A stretch of DNA of 64,000 nt from an uncultured Gammaproteobacteria bacterium (GCA_964414145.1 CAYPVH010000002.1:59369-123368); one strand, 5' to 3'. Counted from the first letter of the stretch, positions 8,401-15,225 are shown. Numbers and translations are program-made. The notes: generated by a model from the letters alone, not told the origin.

Positions 8401-11400
8401 TATGATTGGCGATGGTCAGCAACTATCAAAAACTGTGTTACCAGGTACTTACACTGTTTCCGAATCTATGCCCTATACTTCAGGTTATCAACTAAAAAAT
8501 ATTGTTTGTGATGATGATAATTCAGTTTCTAATATTCAAGCAGGAACTGCTACATACATAGTAGAGCCGGGAGAAACTGTTAAGTGTACTTTTACAAATG
8601 AAATGTTTGGTTCAATAACTGCCAAAAAATTTCACGATTATAATCAAGATGAAACTCAGAATGCAGGTGAACCTAGTCTGCCAAATTGGCAAATGAGCTT
8701 TTATGACGGTTTTGGCTGTGAAGAAGAAAATAATACGTGGAGCAGTACAACGGGCACTGACGGGACTGTTACAATGTATTCATTACTCCCGGGTGAATAT
8801 TCTGTGAAAGAGAGATTAGTAGAGGGGTGGATGAATACTACAGACTTATGCCAGAACATAATAGTTGCTCCTGGTGAAAACACGTCTGTAGATTTTGGAA
8901 ATTTGCAACTAGGATCATTAATTGTTCACAAATTTGAAGATATAGATGGGGATGGTGTCAAACAAGCAAGCGAGCCCTATGTTGAAAATTGGAGAATGAC
9001 TTTGCATAACGGAAACAGTTGTACAAATCAGAATCAAATAGACGAAGGATTTACCAACGAGAACGGTGAGTATGAATTTTCAAATTTAACGCCTGGAATT
9101 TACAGTGTATTTGAATGGCCACAGAACGGTTGGACTAATTCCACAGGTAATCCTTGTAAAACCGTAACTTTAACAGCAAACCAAAATACAACAGTAGAAT
9201 TTGGGAATTATAAAACGGGCTTTATTGAAGGTAGAAAATTTGAAGATTTAAACAGTAGTGGCTCTTATAATACTGGTGAACCATTTTTACCCGGTTGGAC
9301 TATAAGACTTTATAATGATAAAGATGGTTCCTGGCAAGATAATGATATTGAAAGCATTACAGATGGATCGGGTTGGTATCGTTTTAGTGATTTAAGTATG
9401 GGTCGGTATAAAATTTGTGAAGTAATGCAATCTGGTTGGACACAGACTGTACCAACAGGGACAGTAAATAATGAGGAGTCTAATGAAGCGCCGCGCTGTC
9501 GTGTAGTTACGGTTGACGAGTCTGGTGAAGTATTGAGGCGGAATTTTGGCAATGTTCAGTATGGTTCAGTTCGGGTTCATAAGTTTGAAGATTTAAACAA
9601 CAATTCCATATTCAATGACGATGAGCCATTGCTTGATAATTGGGTTATTCAACTTGGTAATGAAACCAAAACAACCGTAAACGGAATAGCAGAATTTAAT
9701 AACCTAATTCCAGGTAATTACGGTCTTACTGAACTTACTTATCTTACAGATTGGCAATTAACAAACATTTATTGTGATAATGTTGATTTTGCCATAGATT
9801 CTAGTAATCAATATAATGTTACTGTTGCATCGGGTGAGAATGTTAATTGCTATGTAGGAAACTACCAACTTGGTTTAATTCAGGGGCGAAAATATTATGA
9901 CTATAACCAAAATGGCAGTAAAGATAGCGATGATACCTGGTTAAAAGGTTGGGTTATTAGATTGTATAAAGATGTAAGAGGAATTTGGCAAGACATTAGT
10001 GAAACCAGAACAACTAGTAATAATGGGCTGTTCAGATTTGAAAACCTTGAACCTGGTACTTACTACACATGTGAAGTACTTCAAGAAGGCTGGCAGCAAA
10101 CCGGACCGGTTTTGGGTGGCCAACGAATAGTTAACCAATCACCAAATAGTAATATTGATGAAGCGCCTGTGTGTTGGCAGTCTGTTATTAATCAATCCGG
10201 AACAAGAAGAACAGGGCGCCGATTTGGTAATGTCCAATATGGAAATATATTAGTAACAAAATATAACGATTTGAATAATAACGGTCAAAGAGATCCAGAA
10301 GAACTGGTATTACCAGATTGGGAAATCACCTTGAAAAAAGTGCAAGACTCAGATTATGCTGAATCGTCTCTTACAGATATTGAAGGAAGTGTTCAATTTA
10401 ATAACCTACTAGAAGCTGAATACTATTTGTCTGAAACCATGAAAGAGGGTTGGCAGCAAACAGATATTACTTGTTATTTAGAAGAACAAGAATCAGTTAC
10501 CGAAGATGTTCAGGTAGATTTAGTAGATCCATATGACTCAGAAAACGGACAATATTTGCTAAACCTTAATCCAGGAGAAACTTACAACTGTGAGATTGGT
10601 AACCACTATGCACCACCAATCCTAACTATAGCCAAATCCAACAACGTATGGCCAACAACCACAACACCAGGCAACTCAGTAGAATACAAAATTGTACTAG
10701 ATGTAGAAGATAATAATATTAAAAACGTAAAAGTAACCGACTTGCCCCCAGAAGGGTTTACCTATAGAGGGGGCAGTTACAAAGTGCTCTTAACTCGAGG
10801 AGGAACAACCACAGATATCACTAGCCAAGTGAATGAGCCGGTCTACCATTCACCAGGAGTATGGGGTCTTGGAGATCTGGAAAAAGATGACCAGGTTACC
10901 ATGATTTACACTGCTGACATTCAAGGCAGTACAGATTTTGGTTTGTATAAAGACTTAGCCTTTGCTTATGGTTGCCCCATTGGCCAAGAACAATGTAGTG
11001 TAACCGATGAGGAGGCAGTAGTTGCGAGCTCAGTAGACTCAGGTACCGCCGATGACGGGGTAGTAAACGAAAATTTTGTCGGTACAAAAGTTAACATAAA
11101 CCAAGAAACAACAGAAACAAACACCTTTAGTGTAGAAAAAGAAGAAGAGAAGAAAGAAGAGGGAAGTGTGCTAGGGGCCTCGACTGGTTTACCAGCTACC
11201 GGTTCAGTAACACTGATTACTCAAATTGCCCTGGTAAGCATGCTTGGCTCATTGTTACTATTAGCCATAAATTTACTCAGAAAGAAAAAGGCACATATTG
11301 TTTCTCTGCTAGTATTAACTGCTATCTTTTTTAACATTACTCAAGTAAACGCTGCTGAAATCACCAGTGTAAGATTAGAAGAGCCAAAGTCCCCAACAAA

Positions 11401-12289
11401 CGAGAATAGTTTTAATTTAGAGTTTGTTGCTATGGATATGGCAAATAGCCAAATTCAGGTTGAATGCTATAAAAAGGGCCCAACAGACTCAACATATACA
11501 AAGTTTGATACTACAAAAAATTTAAAGGCAGGCGGGAACAGCGGTCAGTGTGTAGTAAACTCAAGTGTTATGCCTGAGAATGGCTCGTACGGGTTTTATG
11601 TTATAGCAACCGGTTCGATGCAGGTAAGCAGTGAGTATGTAATTGTTGATTACAACTCAAGCAGACCAAGTACTCCTGTAAGTTATAGCAAAGATAAAAT
11701 AGACTCTTGTCACTATAAGATTAAATTCAAAACAGCCGACGACGGAGATAGGACTAATGGTGTAGAAATTTATAGGTCGGGAAACAATAGTTTTAATATC
11801 GACTCGAGTAATAAGATAGCCACAGTAAGCGTTGGTTCCAACGAAGAAAAAGAATATACAGACTCGGTTCCAGATTGCGGAAAGGATTACTACTATGCAA
11901 TTCGGGCAGTTGACCAGTTTGGCAATGTTTCTTCTGTGATTGGCGACAAAAATATAAAATTTATAACTAGCTCAACAACAATCACAACTACAGTTACCGA
12001 CACTACAGAAACGGAGGCAATTCCTGTAACAACTAATGAGTCTCAAGTTAGGCCAGATAATACAGATGAAACGGGTAGTTCACAAGAATCGGGTACAAAA
12101 AAAGACACTGAAGACAATACAGATATAGAAACAGAACAGGGTGAAGTACTGGGTGTTCAAGAACAAAAAAAATTATTGGATAAACTAAAGTCTTTTGTGG
12201 TTAAAAATAAAGGAATTGCTGGTTTAATTGTTTTGTTCGTAGTAGTATTGATTTATGTTCTTATTCAGAAAATCAAAAAAGCTAAGTAA
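5429..12289 (+). CDS. Giant cell-surface adhesin-like protein. Order of parts: PT linker, Cys-rich domain, prealbumin/SpaA-like folds, about 10 SdrD-B/Cna-B-like repeats, DUF11-like domain, internal LPATG sorting signal, then an FN3-containing membrane module
   Basis: 2286 aa. The recurring unit is G-S-I-x-G-x-K-[WF]-E-D-x-N-G-[ND]-G-x-x-D...GW...T-D-x-x-G-x-Y-x-F-x-N-L-x-P-G-x-Y. A DUF11-like stretch reads LTIAKSNNVWPTTTTPGNSVEYKIVL...VKVTDLPPEGF. LPATG is at residues 1921-1925. There is no N-terminal signal peptide; the product starts in a PT-rich linker (TPTPIPGPTQIIQPTIIPTPTG). Confidence 0.85.
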   Translation: MELASQEEDWLKTDNEITPTPIPGPTQIIQPTIIPTPTGDILNEGINIERNPTPYSEIGTVETEVVETYQCLQNSLNGCVITDKEDYSPNEVVLISGHGFIPNTPYVLVIASETGQLAEQFGILTNKEGSFEYSYQLDGTYRPNYSVFVYDSNNNLVTETSFTDSPPSECISDTDWADDEPGQKDLTEMCTDYSEWSAFLEVSWNWDDIAWSGNNTGDACSLFDNDNDGYANYAVCVQVTDEPAVFDSQYLYTCNDTSAVRCFDSTLKTPSANTICVASVQSGTNPFDLGSDTVADCKINTLDVGGSPTILLDVCSYPSAQPNSDPSDCIVASTANQTGFLEVKKVIDPSTDSGLFNLQIDGTTYKYDAGNNGSTGEKIVDAGNHIIRETAGTATTLTDYTSSIECKDANGSGSIVAQITGPGPLTVPVENNDDIVCTITNTYQGGSVTIIKDRVPDYPESFQFTGDLGSFDLSGDSTAVDYQKTFTNLTPQTYVVTELEPSETYLDSISCTGDTDNGTVVNLDNNSVNIDLDQNEDIVCTFTNKERGSISGTKWEDMNGNGIRDAEDLPISGWTVKLDKDADGVIDQTTTTDGNGDYTFNNLLPGTYKVLEESPYPWNVSYPSSGINYYNGIVLTTGDSLTGYNFGNYKNGEIKGYKWEDINGDGNKDNGEGAPDNQWQIKLWKEIDGIPVDQGSSVYSNPTTGAFTFGVTPGTYYLSEVMQEGWLQTYPTNAVLAPDGVTRLLGPIVITSGSISENNNFGNVQQGSISGYKYEDMDGDLSTTEDLSSIFGWTIDLYECIDDFDNCLIKETTQTDNDGYYIFENLLPGLYKIIEALPGGWTNILPITINGELTAGEVSTENNFINFENVSITACKVEDNDGLVNTTEDQTFVNGWEVTLTKNDISDTQLTETDGCYTWSNLEPGDYALSEEARNGWTNLNSSTHSFGIVESGQSYSYTFVNSRLGEIIVEKQVLPDGYYQTFAFNGEVSGMIGDGQQLSKTVLPGTYTVSESMPYTSGYQLKNIVCDDDNSVSNIQAGTATYIVEPGETVKCTFTNEMFGSITAKKFHDYNQDETQNAGEPSLPNWQMSFYDGFGCEEENNTWSSTTGTDGTVTMYSLLPGEYSVKERLVEGWMNTTDLCQNIIVAPGENTSVDFGNLQLGSLIVHKFEDIDGDGVKQASEPYVENWRMTLHNGNSCTNQNQIDEGFTNENGEYEFSNLTPGIYSVFEWPQNGWTNSTGNPCKTVTLTANQNTTVEFGNYKTGFIEGRKFEDLNSSGSYNTGEPFLPGWTIRLYNDKDGSWQDNDIESITDGSGWYRFSDLSMGRYKICEVMQSGWTQTVPTGTVNNEESNEAPRCRVVTVDESGEVLRRNFGNVQYGSVRVHKFEDLNNNSIFNDDEPLLDNWVIQLGNETKTTVNGIAEFNNLIPGNYGLTELTYLTDWQLTNIYCDNVDFAIDSSNQYNVTVASGENVNCYVGNYQLGLIQGRKYYDYNQNGSKDSDDTWLKGWVIRLYKDVRGIWQDISETRTTSNNGLFRFENLEPGTYYTCEVLQEGWQQTGPVLGGQRIVNQSPNSNIDEAPVCWQSVINQSGTRRTGRRFGNVQYGNILVTKYNDLNNNGQRDPEELVLPDWEITLKKVQDSDYAESSLTDIEGSVQFNNLLEAEYYLSETMKEGWQQTDITCYLEEQESVTEDVQVDLVDPYDSENGQYLLNLNPGETYNCEIGNHYAPPILTIAKSNNVWPTTTTPGNSVEYKIVLDVEDNNIKNVKVTDLPPEGFTYRGGSYKVLLTRGGTTTDITSQVNEPVYHSPGVWGLGDLEKDDQVTMIYTADIQGSTDFGLYKDLAFAYGCPIGQEQCSVTDEEAVVASSVDSGTADDGVVNENFVGTKVNINQETTETNTFSVEKEEEKKEEGSVLGASTGLPATGSVTLITQIALVSMLGSLLLLAINLLRKKKAHIVSLLVLTAIFFNITQVNAAEITSVRLEEPKSPTNENSFNLEFVAMDMANSQIQVECYKKGPTDSTYTKFDTTKNLKAGGNSGQCVVNSSVMPENGSYGFYVIATGSMQVSSEYVIVDYNSSRPSTPVSYSKDKIDSCHYKIKFKTADDGDRTNGVEIYRSGNNSFNIDSSNKIATVSVGSNEEKEYTDSVPDCGKDYYYAIRAVDQFGNVSSVIGDKNIKFITSSTTITTTVTDTTETEAIPVTTNESQVRPDNTDETGSSQESGTKKDTEDNTDIETEQGEVLGVQEQKKLLDKLKSFVVKNKGIAGLIVLFVVVLIYVLIQKIKKAK
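7070..10600 (+). repeat. Protein-level tandem array of about 10-11 diverged SdrD-B/Cna-B-like domains (about 95-115 aa each) with Ca-binding-like D/N-x-D/N-G loops
   Basis: Unit starts are GSISGTKWEDMNGNG, GEIKGYKWEDINGDG, GSISGYKYEDMDGD, VSITACKVEDNDG, GSITAKKFHDYNQDE, GSLIVHKFEDIDGDG, GFIEGRKFEDLNSSG, GSVRVHKFEDLNNNS, GLIQGRKYYDYNQNG and GNILVTKYNDLNNNG. The units have diverged at the DNA level, with no long identical DNA repeats seen. Confidence 0.6.
11189..11290 (+). other. Complete sortase sorting signal located internally (LPATG + 25-aa hydrophobic segment + RKKK)
   Basis: The codons tta cca gct acc ggt at 11189..11203 encode LPATG. They are followed by SVTLITQIALVSMLGSLLLLAINLL and RKKK, and the ORF continues with no stop. 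Confidence 0.8.
11291..12286 (+). other. Embedded second surface-protein module: signal-peptide-like segment, two FN3-like domains, T/E-rich linker, C-terminal TM + KIKKAK
   Basis: AHIVSLLVLTAIFFNITQVNA|AE has an AxA-like cleavage context. The FN3 hallmark is ...YYYAIRAVDQFGNVSS. The module ends GIAGLIVLFVVVLIYVLIQKIKKAK. Confidence 0.6.
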
Positions 12290-12914
12290 AACTGCCAATT
12301 CTAATTCTTTCCAGTTAAAAAATCTACTAAAATTAATCTTATTATTATCATTGATAATACTGTTTCTTATTTATTTTCCGGTTGTAAAAGAAGAAATACT
12401 TTACTTTTTTAATAAGCCTGATTTTACCCGCAGCGTATCGTTAACCAAAAAAGCCAACAAGAATGTTATAAAACCGGTTAATAACCAATTTGCCATTGTT
12501 ATACCAAAAATAAACGTTAATAGCTCTGTGGTTGAAAATGTTAGTCCATTCAATTCAGAAGAATACCAGACCGCCCTAACAAAAGGAGTAGCGCATTCAA
12601 TCACTTCGGCAGTACCCGGAAAAGGTCAGAATGTTTTTATCTTTGCTCATTCCGCAGGTAATTTTTACTATGCAAATAGGTTTAATGCAATTTTTTATTT
12701 AATTCACAAACTAGATCTGAATGACAACATTTATATTATATATAAAGGCAAAAAACATCATTATCAAGTTAAGAAAAAAATAATTGTAGATTCAAAAAGA
12801 ACAGATTATCTTTATCCACAGTTTAGTAATAACGAAAGCCTAACGCTTATGACTTGCTGGCCGCCGGGAACAACTTTAAAAAGGCTAATTGTAGTAGCCA
12901 ATATTGTAGAGTAA
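12255..12914 (+). CDS. Sortase (transpeptidase, N-terminal membrane anchor)
   Basis: 219 aa with a basic N-terminus and TM (LLKLILLLSLIILFLIYF). Catalytic contexts are IFAHS (His), TLMTCWPPG (TLxTC Cys) and KRLIVV (Arg). The ATG at 12255 overlaps the adhesin 3' end by 35 nt. Confidence 0.85.
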   Translation: MFLFRKSKKLSKTANSNSFQLKNLLKLILLLSLIILFLIYFPVVKEEILYFFNKPDFTRSVSLTKKANKNVIKPVNNQFAIVIPKINVNSSVVENVSPFNSEEYQTALTKGVAHSITSAVPGKGQNVFIFAHSAGNFYYANRFNAIFYLIHKLDLNDNIYIIYKGKKHHYQVKKKIIVDSKRTDYLYPQFSNNESLTLMTCWPPGTTLKRLIVVANIVE

Positions 12915-12931
12915 TTGCTAATCTATTGTTA

Positions 12932-13492
12932 ATGCCAACAAAATTACAAAAAAAACTTACAGCTCTTACGTTGTTGGTATTAATATTGATACTCAACGAG
13001 CTATACCCAAATCTATCGGCTTATATTAATGACTTTTGGGAAGTTAATAATATTAAGCAAGAAAAGGTAGTTGTCAGTGACTTAAATAAAACTGTGGTAG
13101 TTGCGCGAGTTATTGATGGGGATACAGTTGAGTTAAGTACTGGTGAAAAAGTAAGGTATATTGGCATTGATACCCCCGAAGTTAATAACAATAGTTATAA
13201 GTCGCAGTGTTTTGCTACACAAGCAAAAGCGGCCAACAAAAGGCTGGTTTTAGGTAAACAAGTAATATTGGAAAAAGACGTGTCAAATACAGATAGGTAT
13301 GACAGGTTATTAAGGTATGTGTACGTTGTTAACAAAACAGGTAAAAAAATATTTATAAATAAACAATTAGTTAAGGAAGGTTACGCAACAGTCTTTACTT
13401 ACCCGCCAGATGTTAGATATGCAGAGGTATTTGTAAAGGCAGAAAAGCATGCTCGGAACAATAATAAAGGGCTATGGGCAATGTGTAGGTGA
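12932..13492 (+). CDS. Membrane-anchored thermonuclease (staphylococcal nuclease / SNase family)
   Basis: From ATG 12932: MPTKLQKKLTALTLLVLILIL (TM), then ARVIDGDTVEL...VRYIGIDTPE...DRYDRLLRYVY...LVKEGYA, the classic SNase signature. The track start at 12854 is an upstream extension overlapping the sortase. Confidence 0.8.
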   Translation: MPTKLQKKLTALTLLVLILILNELYPNLSAYINDFWEVNNIKQEKVVVSDLNKTVVVARVIDGDTVELSTGEKVRYIGIDTPEVNNNSYKSQCFATQAKAANKRLVLGKQVILEKDVSNTDRYDRLLRYVYVVNKTGKKIFINKQLVKEGYATVFTYPPDVRYAEVFVKAEKHARNNNKGLWAMCR

Positions 13493-13511
13493 TGTATAGT
13501 AAAAAATATGG

Positions 13512-13539
13512 TTGAAATACACAAAATTTGTGTTACAAT
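13512..13539 (+). promoter_or_regulatory. Promoter TTGAAA-16-TACAAT of the sortase-fusion gene, with the -10 box 8 nt from ATG 13548
   Basis: TTGAAA at 13512..13517 and TACAAT at 13534..13539. The ORF-track TTG start at 13512 is the -35 hexamer read as a codon. Confidence 0.55.
13515..13534 (+). promoter_or_regulatory. Copy 2 of the shared 20-nt box, filling the -35/-10 spacer (perfect palindrome ACACAAA-A-TTTGTGT)
   Basis: AAATACACAAAATTTGTGTT. The core at 13519..13533 is a perfect 7-bp inverted repeat around a central A. Confidence 0.6.
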
Positions 13540-13547
13540 TTACAATT

Positions 13548-14834
13548 ATGAGTATTAAAAAACACAACCAACAAACCCTTTCTGTTAAAAAAACTAATTC
13601 TATTGTTCAGAAGCTTTCTACATTTTTCCTTGTTGTTATTTTTTCACTTTTCCTTTTAACTACAACTAATGTTTGGGCAGATGACACGGCAACAGGTTCG
13701 GCTCAAATAGAATCAGAGAATACACCTACTCCAACAGAAACCGAAAAGAAATGCCCTGAGGGTTCAGATTGGGTAAAGGTTGATAATAATAAAGCAGGTG
13801 ACGATGATAATAGCGATGATGTCATTTCTTACACAGATCCAAGCGGAAATACTATTAGTGGGGTTTGTGTAAAGGGGGGTAAAGAAGGTACTAGCCCAAA
13901 TGGATACCTGGAATACTTTTATGAAGATGGTCCTTATATGTATGATGGTGCTTTATGTTTTACAATTTCGGGTATAGGAACCGATAAAGTTACAATTACA
14001 TATAGTGGAGATGGTGTTTGTGCAGAACTATCTCATGCTAGTTTTTATACAGGTGAGCCTACGCCCACTCCTACAGATGAAATAACTCCTACAGACGAGA
14101 TTACACCAACAGATGAAATAACACCAACAGAAGAAATAACAGAAGCGCCTACCCCAACAACTGAGCCAACTTCTACCCCAACACCAACGGAACAGGAAGA
14201 TAATAACGATGATGATGATAATGATGATAACAACGATGACAATAATGATGACAATAACGACTCTAATAATAATATTGGTGGCGCCGAATCTAACCCGGTG
14301 GTTTTAGCAGCTATCGAAACAACCAGGCCACAGGTACTTTCAGCTGTAGACAACTATAACCCGTTACTTGATTCCATTAAAAAAACAGGTAAAGTTTTGG
14401 GAATAAGTACAAAAAAGTTACCAAAAACCGGAGTTAAAGTAGCTAACTGGGCAATGCCTAAATACCCATCAAGTAATAAAGCTATGGAAAATTCCTACAT
14501 AGTTATCAATAAGATAGGAATTAACGCCCCACTGTACCAAGCCAGCAATATAGGTGAAGACTTGTTAGTAGGCGACAGTGAAATACTAAATACCGGCAAT
14601 ATGTATTACGGCCACAATTCTCGCTCTGCTTTTGAAAGTCTATGGCAGTTAAGAAAAGGCGACAGCATAATTGTAACCAAAAACGGTAACACCCAAGTAT
14701 ATACGGTTAATAGCACAGCATATATAAACGAAACAGAAGTTGAAAAAACCAATACGGGTAGCAACGAAATCAGTTTGGTAACCTGTGTTTTGGGTAATTC
14801 AAATTTAAGACTAGTAGTTAAAGCAAGTAAATAA
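13548..14834 (+). CDS. Sortase-domain fusion protein. Order of parts: signal/anchor, 4-Cys domain, PT repeats, D/N tract, LPKTG motif, C-terminal sortase catalytic domain
   Basis: 428 aa from ATG 13548. STFFLVVIFSLFLLTTTNVWA|DD is the signal. The C-terminal ~110 aa have YYGHNS (His), LVTC (Cys, TGT 14784..14786) and LRLVV (Arg), aligned like the neighbouring sortase. LPKTG lies about 20 aa before the catalytic domain. Confidence 0.8.
   Translation: MSIKKHNQQTLSVKKTNSIVQKLSTFFLVVIFSLFLLTTTNVWADDTATGSAQIESENTPTPTETEKKCPEGSDWVKVDNNKAGDDDNSDDVISYTDPSGNTISGVCVKGGKEGTSPNGYLEYFYEDGPYMYDGALCFTISGIGTDKVTITYSGDGVCAELSHASFYTGEPTPTPTDEITPTDEITPTDEITPTEEITEAPTPTTEPTSTPTPTEQEDNNDDDDNDDNNDDNNDDNNDSNNNIGGAESNPVVLAAIETTRPQVLSAVDNYNPLLDSIKKTGKVLGISTKKLPKTGVKVANWAMPKYPSSNKAMENSYIVINKIGINAPLYQASNIGEDLLVGDSEILNTGNMYYGHNSRSAFESLWQLRKGDSIIVTKNGNTQVYTVNSTAYINETEVEKTNTGSNEISLVTCVLGNSNLRLVVKASK
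14073..14144 (+). repeat. 4 x 18-bp in-frame tandem repeat encoding (T)DEITP units
   Basis: The units are acagatgaaataactcct / acagacgagattacacca / acagatgaaataacacca / acagaagaaataacagaa. Confidence 0.85.
14199..14273 (+). repeat. GAT/AAT/AAC/GAC low-complexity tract encoding a pure D/N acidic stretch
   Basis: It encodes DNNDDDDNDDNNDDNNDDNNDSNNN. Confidence 0.8.
14418..14432 (+). other. LPKTG pentapeptide inside the sortase-fusion protein, not followed by a TM or charged tail
   Basis: The codons tta cca aaa acc gga. The context is GKVLGISTKKLPKTGVKVANWAMPKYPSSNK, followed by the sortase domain. Confidence 0.8.
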
Positions 14835-14838
14835 CAAA

Positions 14839-15225
14839 ATGGCAAAGTCAACAAAAAAAAGGGGAGTTAGGGTAGGCAAAATTAAACCGGTAAAACCAGG
14901 GCTAAGTATCAATCAAAAGAATTTAATCACCTTGTTTGCTATTGTGCTAGTTGCTTCCGCTATTTTTATTTTCTTTATAACAAAAAGAGTGGTAAATACT
15001 AGGTCTGAACAAAAAGCCGCTCAAATTAAAAAAGAACAGCAAGTAATGGCCAAGCAAACATTAATTAGCCAGCTTGGCTTGGGAAAAGCCTGGAAAATTA
15101 CAGAAGAAAATTCGGGTAAAACAGTCATTAAATTGGAAAAAGATGTGCAAAACAGTGCAGTTAAACCTACTATTTTGTTAATTAAATCAAGTTACTCAAA
15201 CACTAGCCCTGCAGACTACTCATAA
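14839..15225 (+). CDS. Single-pass membrane protein, function unknown (possibly the 5' part of a longer gene)
   Basis: 128 aa with a basic N-terminus and TM (LITLFAIVLVASAIFIFFI). It ends at TAA 15223..15225, and the next ORF (15262) is in the same frame. Confidence 0.55.
   Translation: MAKSTKKRGVRVGKIKPVKPGLSINQKNLITLFAIVLVASAIFIFFITKRVVNTRSEQKAAQIKKEQQVMAKQTLISQLGLGKAWKITEENSGKTVIKLEKDVQNSAVKPTILLIKSSYSNTSPADYS

Noticed and set aside
14045-14353. 102-aa minus-strand ORF (S/L/V-rich). The same phenomenon occurs at 34821..35111, 35535..35750 and 35557..35748
   Set aside because: These are reverse-strand readings of PT-rich and D/N-rich stalk coding repeats. The repetitive low-complexity output is a typical artefact.
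14853-14864. A8G4 homopolymer pair near the 5' end of ORF 14839 as a phase-variation switch. An A8 also occurs at about 12164 in the adhesin
   Set aside because: Runs of 7-9 A or T are common throughout this AT-rich window in both coding and non-coding sequence. There is no specific evidence for switching.
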